From NCBI GenBank assembly GCA_964515945.1, contig CAZEWY010000001.1:100-64099 (forward strand): a stretch of DNA of 64,000 bases, written 5' to 3'. The first letter of the stretch is position 1; each line of letters starts with the position of its first letter. The position numbers and the translations under genes are program-made. Below are positions 47,702-56,965 of this stretch, one piece after another. The stretch comes from an uncultured Cellvibrionaceae bacterium. GTDB lineage: Bacteria > Pseudomonadota > Gammaproteobacteria > Pseudomonadales > Cellvibrionaceae. The notes under the pieces are model-generated. The model searched no databases and was not told the DNA's origin. It was given only the letters and a program-made list of their open reading frames with translations.

Positions 47702-48757
47702 GTGGATCACGACAACGACGACTTGGGGAACCAGTTTCTGGATGACGCCGATACACCCGAGCCCAGCGCGGAGGAAACGCCCTATGCCGCTCTAAGTCCG
47801 GATGTTGTGCTGGATGCGGTGGAAAGTCTCGGTTTTGTGTCGGACGCGCGTATCTATCCGCTCAACAGTTATGAAAACCGCGTCTATCAGGTGGGGCTGG
47901 AGGACGAGCAGCCGCTGATTGCCAAGTTCTATCGGCCCCATCGCTGGAGCGATGGACAGATCCATGAAGAGCATCAGTTTTCGCAACATCTGGCGGAGCT
48001 GGATATTCCCGTTGTCCCCCCCATGGAAATTGATGGCCGCAGCCTGTTTCGCTACAGCGTGGCTGACACTGAATTCCGCTTCGCGCTCTATATCCGCAAG
48101 GGCGGCCAGGCGCCTGAGCTGGACAACGACGACAATCTCTATACTCTCGGCAAGCACATAGGCCGCATTCATAATCTGGGCAGGGAGACGCAGTTCACCC
48201 ACAGACCGGAACTCAATGTCGACACCTTCGGCATGGCTAGTCGCGATTTTTTGCTGGCCAACAATTTTATTCCGCCTTCGCTATTGGAATCCTACGGGAC
48301 ATTGAGTCAACACTTGCTGGAAAAATGTCAGGTGGCTTTTGAGCGTATCGACTATCAAAAAATTCGCCTGCACGGTGACTGCCACCCCGGCAATATTCTC
48401 TGGCGCGATGAAGCGCCGAATTTCGTCGATCTGGATGATTCCCGCAATGGCCCCGCCATCCAGGATTTATGGATGCTGCTCTCGGGCAACCGGGAACGCC
48501 AAACCCAGCAACTGGGCCATGTGCTGGACGGCTATGAAGAATTCTGCGATTTCAATCGTGCGGAATTGTCACTGATTGAAGGTCTGCGCAGCCTGCGCCT
48601 GATGCATTACGCGGCCTGGCTGGCCAAGCGCTGGCAGGACCCGGCCTTCCCCCAGGCATTCCCCTGGTTTAATACAGAACGCTATTGGGCGGAGCATATT
48701 CTGGAGCTGCGCGAACAAATGTCGGCCATGGATGAGCCACCGCTGAAAGCGCTGTAA
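47702..48757 (+). CDS. srkA: Stress-response Ser/Thr kinase (SrkA/YihE/RdoA family)
   Basis: NSYENRVYQV, LIAKFYRPHRWS and the catalytic RLHGDCHPGNILW...FVDLDD, 351 aa. The start is GTG. Confidence 0.8.
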   Translation: MDHDNDDLGNQFLDDADTPEPSAEETPYAALSPDVVLDAVESLGFVSDARIYPLNSYENRVYQVGLEDEQPLIAKFYRPHRWSDGQIHEEHQFSQHLAELDIPVVPPMEIDGRSLFRYSVADTEFRFALYIRKGGQAPELDNDDNLYTLGKHIGRIHNLGRETQFTHRPELNVDTFGMASRDFLLANNFIPPSLLESYGTLSQHLLEKCQVAFERIDYQKIRLHGDCHPGNILWRDEAPNFVDLDDSRNGPAIQDLWMLLSGNRERQTQQLGHVLDGYEEFCDFNRAELSLIEGLRSLRLMHYAAWLAKRWQDPAFPQAFPWFNTERYWAEHILELREQMSAMDEPPLKAL

Positions 48758-48759
48758 AA

Positions 48760-49089
48760 ATGAGCGGGAAGAAGGAAACTCTCTGGCAGCTCTACCTGGT
48801 ACGCTGCGGCGACGGCAGCCTCTACACCGGCATTGCCGCCGATCTGGAACGGCGTATTGCCGAGCACCAGAGCCAGGGTCCAAAGTGTGCGAAGTATCTG
48901 CGCGGCCGCGCACCACTGGAATTGGTTTTCAATATTGCCGTCGAAGACAGGGCTCAGGCAAGCCGTTGGGAATATCGGGTGAAGCAATTGAGCAAGGCGG
49001 ACAAAGAGGCCCTGGTAGCCGGCAAAAAATCCTTGAGCTTATTATTGGAGTCCACCAAAGTTCCTGAAAAACAAATGTCAGAATCATGA
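48760..49089 (+). CDS. GIY-YIG nuclease-family protein (YhbQ-like)
   Basis: WQLYLVRCGDGSLYTGIAADLERRIAEH...RWEYRVKQLSK, 109 aa. Confidence 0.8.
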   Translation: MSGKKETLWQLYLVRCGDGSLYTGIAADLERRIAEHQSQGPKCAKYLRGRAPLELVFNIAVEDRAQASRWEYRVKQLSKADKEALVAGKKSLSLLLESTKVPEKQMSES

Positions 49090-49499
49090 TCACCGTCAAT
49101 CACCAGATCGCCATCGATGAATCCGAAATTGATATTCAGGCCATACGCTCCCAGGGCGCCGGTGGCCAGAACGTCAACAAGGTTTCCTCAGCCGTGCATC
49201 TGCGCTTTGATATCAAGGCGTCGTCTCTCGCCGATGAATTCAAGGAGCGCCTGCTGAAGTTCAACGACCAGCGCATCACCATCGACGGCATTATCGTCAT
49301 CAAGGCTCAGGAACATCGCAGCCAGCTCAAAAACCGACAGGACGCCATCGGCCGCCTTTGCGATTTGATTCGCCAGGCCACCACCAAACCCAAAAAACGC
49401 CGCCCCACCCGCCCGACAAAAGCGTCAAAGGAGCGGCGGTTGAAGCAGAAAAACGTCAGAAGCGGACACAAACAGATGCGGGGGAAGGTGGATTTTTAG
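49086..49499 (+). CDS. arfB: Alternative ribosome-rescue factor ArfB (peptidyl-tRNA hydrolase)
   Basis: GGQ motif RSQGAGGQNVNKVSSAVHLRF and a basic C-terminal tail KPKKRRPTRPTKASKERRLKQK. Confidence 0.9.
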   Translation: MITVNHQIAIDESEIDIQAIRSQGAGGQNVNKVSSAVHLRFDIKASSLADEFKERLLKFNDQRITIDGIIVIKAQEHRSQLKNRQDAIGRLCDLIRQATTKPKKRRPTRPTKASKERRLKQKNVRSGHKQMRGKVDF

Positions 49500-49505
49500 G
49501 TGATA

Positions 49506-49708
49506 GGGAAAAGGGAAAAGGGAAAAGAAGTATACACTAAGTGACTTCGTAGCCTGGGTTAGCCGTAGGTTGGATAAGACGGGAGTTCCGCGACCGTCGC
49601 CATCCAACATGGGTTGAAAGCCCACTGAAAGCATGTTTCGGCGGAAGGCGTCCAGGCTTTTCTGCCCTACAAGGTTCGGCGGTATATTTTTCCCTTTTCC
49701 CTTTGCCC
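49506..49708. repeat. Composite intergenic element copy E4: (GGGAAAA)3, a divergent 160-bp core with REP-like hairpin, then (TTTTCCC)~3
   Basis: The arms are at 49506-49527 and 49688-49708. The core contains gttggat...atccaac and gacgg...ccgtc hairpins. Confidence 0.8.
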
Positions 49709-49743
49709 TTATATTTCTTACTTGCAGTTTGAAGCTTGCAGCT

Positions 49744-50496
49744 TCAACCTCCCCTCTGCCGCACCACTTCAAACAAGGCCACGCCGGTCGCCACCGACAC
49801 ATTGAGACTGCTGACGCTGCCGGCCATGGGAATTTTGACCAGATAATCGCAATGCTCCCGGGTGAGGCGGCGCATGCCGCTGCCTTCAGCGCCCATAATG
49901 AGCACCAGAGGGCCTTTCATGTCCGTCTGGTAAATTGTCTGTTCGGCTTCGCCGGCGGTACCGTACAGCCATAAACCTTCCGCTTGCAGTTTTTTAAGAG
50001 TGCGGGCGAGATTGGTGACAGCGATCAGCGGCACGGTTTCGGCGGCGCCGCAGGCGACTTTGCGTACGGTTTCGTTGAGACCGGCGGAGTTGTCCTTGGG
50101 GACTATGAGGGCGTGTACGCCCGCCGCGTCGGCGGTGCGCAGGCAAGCGCCGAGGTTATGAGGGTCGGTGACACCGTCCAGTACCAGTAACAGGGGCGCT
50201 TCGTTGAGGTTCGCGAGCAGATCGTAGAGGAAGGCTTCATCGTGAGCTTTGCTGGGTGTGGTTATGGCGATAATGCCCTGATGATTGCCCGAGCAAAGTT
50301 CATCCAGCCTTTTGCGGTCCAGCGCATCAACCGGCAGCGCGTGCTGCTCGGCGATATCCAGCAGGGACTGCAAGCGCTGATCGCCACGGCCACGCAGGAT
50401 ATAGAGCTTTTGTACGCGCTGGGGCGCGGTGCGCAACAGGGACTGCACGGCATGCAGTCCGTAAACCGTTTCCTGTTTACTGATAGGAGTGCTCAT
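49744..50496 (-). CDS. rlmB: 23S rRNA (guanosine2251-2'-O)-methyltransferase
   Basis: SpoU/TrmH motifs [30 protein letters not shown] and [15 protein letters not shown]. It is downstream of rnr, as in many Gammaproteobacteria. Confidence 0.9.
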   Translation of the reverse strand: MSTPISKQETVYGLHAVQSLLRTAPQRVQKLYILRGRGDQRLQSLLDIAEQHALPVDALDRKRLDELCSGNHQGIIAITTPSKAHDEAFLYDLLANLNEAPLLLVLDGVTDPHNLGACLRTADAAGVHALIVPKDNSAGLNETVRKVACGAAETVPLIAVTNLARTLKKLQAEGLWLYGTAGEAEQTIYQTDMKGPLVLIMGAEGSGMRRLTREHCDYLVKIPMAGSVSSLNVSVATGVALFEVVRQRGG

Positions 50497-50507
50497 AGAA
50501 TGGTGTA

Positions 50508-53159
50508 CTAACGGCCGAAGATTTTTTTGATGAAGCCAACAATTTTTCCTTCTGGCACCTTTGGTTGCGTTTGTTGTGGCGCGGTCTTTTTCGCCCGACG
50601 CTTGCCTGAGCCCGTCGCCCGAACCTTGTCCGCGGCGCGACCTGAGCCCTGTCCGCTCCGCTGCCCGCCTTGACCCTTGCCGCGCGCACTTCCAGAACCC
50701 GCCTTTTTGGCGGCGGCGCCACCCCGTGCCGGTCGCTTGCGCGAGCGGGTCTTTTTGGCGGGACCTGTGTCGGCGGAACCCGTAGCCTTGTCAGTCGGCT
50801 GTTCGGCTTTTCCGTCACCCGTGCCGGATGTCGCGGCGCGCTTGCGCGGTTGACGTTGGCGCTTTGGCTTGTCCTCCTGGGCAACAACGCCACGACCATC
50901 GGGTGCGGCCGAGGCACGCTTCTGCGACTTGCCTTCCCGAATCATTTCCAGATCGACCTTGCGCTCGTCCAGGTCGACCCGCACCACCTGCACCCGGATT
51001 TCATCACCCAAACGGAAGGTGCGTCGGGTGCGTTCGCCGACCAAACGGTGGTGGGCAGCATCGTAGTGATAATAATCCTGAGGCAGAGCGGTGATATGTA
51101 CCAGCCCTTCGACGTATACATCCTTTAATTCAACGAACAAACCGAAACCGACCACGGAGCTGACAATGCCATCGTAAACCTCACCGACTTTATCCCGCAG
51201 GTATTCGCATTTCAGCCAGCTGACCACATCCCGGGTGGCGTCGTCAGCGCGTCTTTCAGTCATGGAGCATTGCTCGCCGAGACCGATCATATCGCTCATT
51301 TCGTAGGGATAAATCAGGTTTTTCAGCAGCGGTTTCGCGTCGGGATGCCTCTGCACGGACCGGCTGTCGACATTCGAGCGAATGACGCTGCGAATGGCAC
51401 GGTGAACCAGCAAATCCGGATAGCGGCGGATGGGCGACGTAAAGTGTGCGTAAGCGTCATACGCCAGGCCGAAATGGCCCTTGTTTTCCGGCGAATAAAC
51501 CGCCTGGTTCATGCTGCGCAACATCACCGTCTGGATCAGGTGGGCATCGGGCCGGTCGGTGATGGACTGCAGCACTTCCTGATAATTCGCGGGGCTGATG
51601 TCACCGCTGTAATTCATGCTCAGGCCATTTTCACCGAGGAACTCGTGCAACATTTCCAGCTTTTCAGCCTTGGGCGGCTCATGAATGCGATAGAGGCAAG
51701 GCAGATTGTGCGCGTCGAGGAAATTGGCGGTACAAACGTTGGCGGCAAGCATGCACTCTTCGATCAGTTTGTGCGCGTCGTTGCGGGTCACCGGAATAAT
51801 GTCTTCAATCTTGCGGTTCCGATCGAAAATGATCCGTGTTTCCTGAGTCTCAAAATCAATGGCACCACGGGCTTCGCGGGCCTTCCGCAGGGCGCGATAA
51901 AGCTTGTGCAGTTCATCCAGGTGCGGCACAACATGGCTGAACGTCTGTCGCAGTTCACTGCTGTCGCTGCCCTGCTCGTCAATGATCTGGCCCACCTGAT
52001 TGTAGGTCAGCCGCGCCTTTGAATGCATGACGCCTTCGTAAAACTTGTACTCGCCAATACGGCCGCTGGTGCTGACGGTCATCTCGCAGACCATGCACAA
52101 ACGGTCCACCTTGGGGTTTAGCGAGCAGAGGCCATTGGACAGCACCTCCGGCAACATGGGCACCACATAGTCCGGAAAATATACGGAATTGCCTCGCACC
52201 TGCGCTTCCTGATCCAGTGCGCTGTTGACGGAGACGTAATGGGAGACATCGGCGATAGCGACCAACAGACGCCATCCATTGGAAATACGTTCGCAAAAGA
52301 CGGCGTCATCAAAATCCCGGGCGTCCTCGCCATCAATGGTCACCAGCGGCAGATTCCGCAGGTCGATGCGGTTGACCTTGTCCTCGTCACGAACCTGGTC
52401 GCTGATGGCCGCCGCTTGCTCCTGAACAGCCTGGGGCCATTCGTGGGGGATATCGTGGGAGCGAATGGCGACGTCGATTTCCATGCCCGGCGCCATATGA
52501 TCGCCCAGCACCTCGACAATGCGTCCTGCGGGCATGCTCCTGCGGTCCGGCTGCTGAATGATTTCCACCACCACAAACTGGCCGTGGTTGGCGCTGTGGG
52601 TCTGGTCCGGCGGAATCAGAATATCGTGGCCAATCCGCGGGTTGTCCGGCTTGACCACATGAACGCCACGCTCGATGGACAGCCGCCCGACCAACTGATC
52701 GGTGTTGTGGGAAAGGACCTCAACAATGGAGCCCTCGCGCTTGCCGCGAAAGGTGTCGGCTTCCAGACGCACCAGCACTTCATCGCGGTCAAAGACCTTG
52801 CGCATTTGGCGGTTGGTCAGGTAAATATCGGCGGAGCCGTCGGTGGGAATCACAAAGCCGAAGCCGTCTCTATGGCCCTGCACGCGACCGCGTACCAGGT
52901 CCATCTTGTCCACGCGACCATAGGCGCCACGACGGTTGCGCATCAGTTGGCCGTCGCGCTCCATGGCGATCAGACGGCGGCGCAGGGCTTCTATACTGTC
53001 TTCATCGTCGAGATTGAAGTGCTTGCAAAGCGCAGGATGCGACATGGGGCCGGAGGAGTCCTCCAGCACATCAAGGATGAGTTCCCGGCTAGCGACCGGG
53101 TTTTCATATTTTGCCGCCTCACGGGCGGCATAAGGGTCCTGGGGACCGGATTCTGCCAA
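50508..53159 (-). CDS. rnr: Ribonuclease R
   Basis: RNB and S1 domains, [22 protein letters not shown] at the N-terminus, and a Lys/Arg/Gly-rich tail. There is no ATG near the conserved N-terminus, so I propose TTG at 53159. The track start 53231 is also possible. Confidence 0.9.
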   Translation of the reverse strand: MAESGPQDPYAAREAAKYENPVASRELILDVLEDSSGPMSHPALCKHFNLDDEDSIEALRRRLIAMERDGQLMRNRRGAYGRVDKMDLVRGRVQGHRDGFGFVIPTDGSADIYLTNRQMRKVFDRDEVLVRLEADTFRGKREGSIVEVLSHNTDQLVGRLSIERGVHVVKPDNPRIGHDILIPPDQTHSANHGQFVVVEIIQQPDRRSMPAGRIVEVLGDHMAPGMEIDVAIRSHDIPHEWPQAVQEQAAAISDQVRDEDKVNRIDLRNLPLVTIDGEDARDFDDAVFCERISNGWRLLVAIADVSHYVSVNSALDQEAQVRGNSVYFPDYVVPMLPEVLSNGLCSLNPKVDRLCMVCEMTVSTSGRIGEYKFYEGVMHSKARLTYNQVGQIIDEQGSDSSELRQTFSHVVPHLDELHKLYRALRKAREARGAIDFETQETRIIFDRNRKIEDIIPVTRNDAHKLIEECMLAANVCTANFLDAHNLPCLYRIHEPPKAEKLEMLHEFLGENGLSMNYSGDISPANYQEVLQSITDRPDAHLIQTVMLRSMNQAVYSPENKGHFGLAYDAYAHFTSPIRRYPDLLVHRAIRSVIRSNVDSRSVQRHPDAKPLLKNLIYPYEMSDMIGLGEQCSMTERRADDATRDVVSWLKCEYLRDKVGEVYDGIVSSVVGFGLFVELKDVYVEGLVHITALPQDYYHYDAAHHRLVGERTRRTFRLGDEIRVQVVRVDLDERKVDLEMIREGKSQKRASAAPDGRGVVAQEDKPKRQRQPRKRAATSGTGDGKAEQPTDKATGSADTGPAKKTRSRKRPARGGAAAKKAGSGSARGKGQGGQRSGQGSGRAADKVRATGSGKRRAKKTAPQQTQPKVPEGKIVGFIKKIFGR

Positions 53160-53332
53160 AATAAATGTCCATTTTTCAGTGAATGTCGTAAAACCCGCGG
53201 AATATAACAGATATGACGCCTTCAGGCCCACATTAAGGGTCCTCGGTAGACATTTAGTCCCCCAACCAGCATTGGTGTTCCCGGGGCCACCCGTGACACA
53301 AACCGACTCTCGACTTCAAGCGCATTCCACTA

Positions 53333-53361
53333 TTGACAAGGCATGGGCAGATCATTATATT
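53333..53361 (+). promoter_or_regulatory. Sigma70 promoter of tRNA-Leu
   Basis: TTGACA (53333-53338), a 17-nt spacer, then TATATT (53356-53361), with a GC-rich discriminator gcgcg. Confidence 0.6.
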
Positions 53362-53374
53362 GCGCGTCCACCCT

Positions 53375-53461
53375 GCCCAGGTGGTGAAATTGGTAGACAC
53401 GCTAGCTTCAGGTGCTAGTGGCCTTACGGTCGTGGAGGTTCAAGTCCTCTCCTGGGCACCA
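53375..53461 (+). tRNA. tRNA-Leu (anticodon CAG), class II with long variable arm, encoded CCA
   Basis: Folded by hand. The acceptor is gcccagg/cctgggc, the anticodon stem is ctagc/gctag with loop uuCAGgu, the T arm is ggagg-ttcaagt-cctct, and the 3' end is acca. Confidence 0.95.
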
Positions 53462-53474
53462 AATTCCCAGGAAG

Positions 53475-53500
53475 GTCGAGCTAAACAGCTCGGCTTTTTT
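53475..53500 (+). terminator. Terminator after tRNA-Leu
   Basis: gtcgagc-taaaca-gctcggc followed by tttttt, with one mismatch in the stem. Confidence 0.6.
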
Positions 53501-53652
53501 GTTTGTGTATCAAATCAGTGACCTCATCCGCATCGCTCTTTGGCATCCCATCGACTCTCGCACATCCATGCGCAACGTCCTAAATCATCAGATTCGAGAC
53601 CAGGAGCGCACCAGGTTCAGTTGAGAGTGTAATTTCTTCCTCTGCTGGTCAA

Positions 53653-54033
53653 TCAGCCATATTTTTTCAGTATTCTCGCCAGCGCCTCAGGGTCCTGTTG
53701 CTTTAAGCGGTCGAGGTCGCTTTCAATTCTGTCAGCTATGCCCTTTTTATATTTTTCCTTGATGTCAGCCACATCCGCCACCAGCTTTCTGAACTTTTCT
53801 ATCCCCTTTCCACTTTTGCCGTCTATTACCTCCTGTAAAGCATCGGACAACACACCCAACTGCTTGCCGAAGCTCGCGACCTCCGACACCACCTCGCTCT
53901 CTATTTTCTTGTCGCCGGCATAGTTAAGCTCAATGTTCGGAGAAAACCAGGTTGTTACCGGGCTAATACCTTCCACGTTTCCACTCAGTGGCAAATTCAT
54001 CAGGTTAAGCCAGGGATTTTTCCACATGTTCAT
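53653..54033 (-). CDS. Hypothetical 126-aa protein (conserved-looking, unknown function)
   Basis: MNMWKNPWLNLMNLPLSGNVEGISPVTTWFSPNIELNYAGDKKIESEVVSEVASFGKQLGVL... I chose ATG 54033 because of the GGAGG 6 nt upstream. The segment is AT-richer. Confidence 0.55.
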   Translation of the reverse strand: MNMWKNPWLNLMNLPLSGNVEGISPVTTWFSPNIELNYAGDKKIESEVVSEVASFGKQLGVLSDALQEVIDGKSGKGIEKFRKLVADVADIKEKYKKGIADRIESDLDRLKQQDPEALARILKKYG

Positions 54034-54165
54034 ATGTGACCTCCAAGTCATTACAGGGTATTGCTGCGAAATCATTTGTCGCTTGACGTCGTTTACATTA
54101 AGAAAGGTACTCACCCGGTAGGTTCCAGGGTATTAAGAGTGAATCGGGTCCGACGACACTGGGAG

Positions 54166-54951
54166 TTACCGCAACAGCTCCCGCAAACGGCGGGACGCCG
54201 AACGTCCCAATTCAAAGGGGGCGGATACGCGGTCCAGGCTGACGAGGGTTTTATCGCGGTCGATGGTGTTGGTTTCCTTTATTCTTCTTAGATTAAGCAG
54301 GCGGGAGCGGTCCAGGCGGGCGAAGGGGGGCGACGGCAGGCGGTCTTCCCAGTCGCCGATTGACTGGAGGACGAACATGGGCTCCTGCCCCGAAATGATG
54401 ACTCGTGTATAGGCACCTTCGGCGCGAATGGCCGCGATTTGTCTCACGGGTACCATGCGCAACAGGTCCCGGTCCCGCAGGGGTAGCAGATCCTCCATTT
54501 GCAAACGGCCATTCATCAGGGAATACCTGTTGGCGCCCCCGGCTGTGTCACCAGGCATGGACGCGGCGACCTGCCAATTGGCGGCGGGCGGTGCGGCTGC
54601 CAGTAGTCGTGACACTGTTTCCGCCAGGCGTTGGGGATGTACCGGTTTCAGGAGGTAGTCGAGGGCATTGGCTTCAAAGGCCTTTACGGCAAAATTGTCA
54701 TAGGCGGTGACGAACACGATGCGGGTGCGGGCGGACAGGTGTGGCAATAGATCGAAACCGGTATCGGGCGGCATTTGGACATCGAGGAAGAGGACGTCGG
54801 GGCACTCCTCGAGCAGTATTTCCCGGGCGCTGCTGACTCCGTCCGCCTCCGCCAGCACGTCGATTTGCGGATGAGCCCTCAGTAGTTCAGTAAGCCAGCG
54901 CCGCGCCGGTCGCTCATCGTCCACGATCAAGGCTCGCAACGTCGCACTCAT
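54166..54951 (-). CDS. LytR/AlgR-family response regulator (REC + LytTR)
   Basis: REC domain LIVDDERPARRWL...DVLFLDVQMP and a C-terminal LytTR domain. Confidence 0.85.
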   Translation of the reverse strand: MSATLRALIVDDERPARRWLTELLRAHPQIDVLAEADGVSSAREILLEECPDVLFLDVQMPPDTGFDLLPHLSARTRIVFVTAYDNFAVKAFEANALDYLLKPVHPQRLAETVSRLLAAAPPAANWQVAASMPGDTAGGANRYSLMNGRLQMEDLLPLRDRDLLRMVPVRQIAAIRAEGAYTRVIISGQEPMFVLQSIGDWEDRLPSPPFARLDRSRLLNLRRIKETNTIDRDKTLVSLDRVSAPFELGRSASRRLRELLR

Positions 54952-54953
54952 GG

Positions 54954-56087
54954 TTATAGCTCCACTCCCATCCGCGCGGTTGAGCCCTTCATCGGCAAAC
55001 GCACATTCGCGCTGACTTCATTGTCACCGTCAGTCAGCTCGAGACTTGCGTCTTCTCCATATATTAATTGCAGGCGTCGGCGCAGGTTCGCCAGCCCGGT
55101 TTTGGTCGAGGGATGGGTTTCCGGCGGAATCCACTTTCCGGAATTGATGACGCTAACAAACAGGCAGCCATTCTCCACAAGGGCATTGATGGTCAGACAC
55201 AAAGGTCGCGCCGAGGTGCGCTGGCCGTATTTGATGGCATTTTCGAGCAGCGGCTGAATCAGGGCGCTGGGAACCGGCGCCTTGAGCGCCGCATGTTCTG
55301 TATTGATCTGATATTCCAGGTTTTCCTCGAAGCGCGCCTGCTCCACCTGCAGATAGTTTTCCAGCGCCTTGAGTTCTGTTTCGAGCGGTTCCAGTTCGCT
55401 GTGCCGTTGCAGGGAAAAACGCAGGTAGTCGGATAAAGCCAGGGTCAGCACCCGCACCTTGTCCGGATTTTCCGATTCCGCGAGAATCGAACCCAGCGCA
55501 TTGAACAGGAAATGCGGGTTGACCTGGGCCCGCAGCGCCTTCAGTTCACTGGCCTGGGCGACCGCTTCAGCTTCCGCCAGTTCCAACTGTACACGCTGGG
55601 TGTCCAACCAGTAATTAATACCGAAGTAAAGCACGCTCCAGAACCAATAGATCACCCAGCGCATCAACAGACTCGCCTGTAAAAAAGTGCCCAGTTCCGA
55701 AAAATCGCGCAGGGCCGAGCTATTCATCCCTATGCCGAGCAGGTGACCATGGCCCAGTGTCAGGAGCACGTCCAGCGCTCCGACAAATCCGCAAATGAGG
55801 ACGGCGCTGATGCCGATAAGCCAGCTGGAATGCCATTTTTCCCGCATTCGCCGGTAAAGCAGGCGCAAGACGCAGGTAGCGGAAAAACCGAAGCCTGTGC
55901 GGAATAGGGTCAGCCAGAAGGCGTCTTCCCAGTCGATATAGGCAATGGCAGTGAACGTCATCGCCAGCAGGGCAACACTCAGCCAACCGGTGCATTGCAG
56001 CAGCCAGAAGAGGTATTTCCGATGTTCGCCTGATACCAGCTTGTCCAGGTTGATCATGTAGTTTCCCGTATCCCGACTCATGATCAT
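54954..56087 (-). CDS. LytS/YehU-type sensor histidine kinase
   Basis: Multi-TM N-terminus, then the His_kinase motif LRAQVNPHFLFNALGSI and the HATPase region. The start is uncertain (56087, 56081, 56057 or the track start 56195). Confidence 0.8.
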   Translation of the reverse strand: MIMSRDTGNYMINLDKLVSGEHRKYLFWLLQCTGWLSVALLAMTFTAIAYIDWEDAFWLTLFRTGFGFSATCVLRLLYRRMREKWHSSWLIGISAVLICGFVGALDVLLTLGHGHLLGIGMNSSALRDFSELGTFLQASLLMRWVIYWFWSVLYFGINYWLDTQRVQLELAEAEAVAQASELKALRAQVNPHFLFNALGSILAESENPDKVRVLTLALSDYLRFSLQRHSELEPLETELKALENYLQVEQARFEENLEYQINTEHAALKAPVPSALIQPLLENAIKYGQRTSARPLCLTINALVENGCLFVSVINSGKWIPPETHPSTKTGLANLRRRLQLIYGEDASLELTDGDNEVSANVRLPMKGSTARMGVEL

Positions 56088-56310
56088 ATTCGAAGAAGGC
56101 TCGGATTCAAAATGCGGGCATCGGACGCCGGTTCCAATGATGTGAATATCATTACCAGTTATTAAAGGCTGTTGGGCCTCCGCAAGGTAAACCACATTCG
56201 CACTGTGGAAAACCTGATTTAAGTGAAACGGGCAAAAAATTTAACGAAACCGGCAGGGCCGGCAGCGCGCTTGCGCGTCACAAAATCACGGAGTATGCTG
56301 CGCATCAATC

Positions 56311-56326
56311 AATTAACTGTTTAATT
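56311..56326. promoter_or_regulatory. Palindrome AATTAA-ctgt-TTAATT immediately upstream of the tetR gene (candidate operator)
   Basis: Read directly. It lies 7 nt upstream of the tetR ATG. Confidence 0.25.
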
Positions 56327-56332
56327 AATAAA

Positions 56333-56944
56333 ATGACAAAACGTCCCGGTCGCCCCGCTCGCCAGGAGTCCTCCAACGCCTCCGCAAACATCATCGAGGC
56401 TGCCTGCCTGCTTTTCAGCAGGCACGGCGTCCGGGGCACGAGCTACCGGCAGATTGCCGAAGCCGCCGGGGTTACGCCGGCCATGGTGCATTATTACTTT
56501 CCGCACAAGGAGGATCTCTACCTCGCGGTTCTGCAAACCACTTTCTCATCCCTGATGCAGACGCTCGGGAACACACGAAACCTGGAGGAGTGGGTGCACC
56601 GGTTCCACGACCATGTGCTGTCGCACCCCTGGTGCCCCCACCTGATGCTGCGGGAAGTCATGCCCCATGACGGCGAACTGCGTGATCTTTTCCTGACCCA
56701 CTGCGGCCCACAGGTATTCGGCTCGGTGAAAACCATGATCCGGCAAACATTCCGGGAAGCGGGCGTCTCCCGAAAGCTGAACGTCGACCGTCATGTGGTC
56801 CTGCTGGTGGGTATGCTGGTCTACCCCTTTCTCGGTCAGGACGTCGCCCAATCGCTGACCGGGAAAACCTTCGACAAGCGCATGATGAAGCGCTTTCGCG
56901 ACGATGCGCTGGCACTTTTTCGCGCACGGATCGCCGGACACTAA
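56333..56944 (+). CDS. TetR/AcrR-family transcriptional regulator
   Basis: HTH segment IIEAACLLFSRHGVRGTSYRQIAEAAGVTPAMVHYYFPHKEDLY. Confidence 0.85.
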   Translation: MTKRPGRPARQESSNASANIIEAACLLFSRHGVRGTSYRQIAEAAGVTPAMVHYYFPHKEDLYLAVLQTTFSSLMQTLGNTRNLEEWVHRFHDHVLSHPWCPHLMLREVMPHDGELRDLFLTHCGPQVFGSVKTMIRQTFREAGVSRKLNVDRHVVLLVGMLVYPFLGQDVAQSLTGKTFDKRMMKRFRDDALALFRARIAGH

Positions 56945-56965
56945 CCCATAGAACGGAGCAGACTC

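Noticed and set aside
53375-54165. tRNA-Leu-associated genomic island
   Set aside because: There is no integrase, no direct repeat of the tRNA 3' end downstream, and only about 0.7 kb of AT-rich DNA with one small gene. The evidence is insufficient to call it a mobile element.
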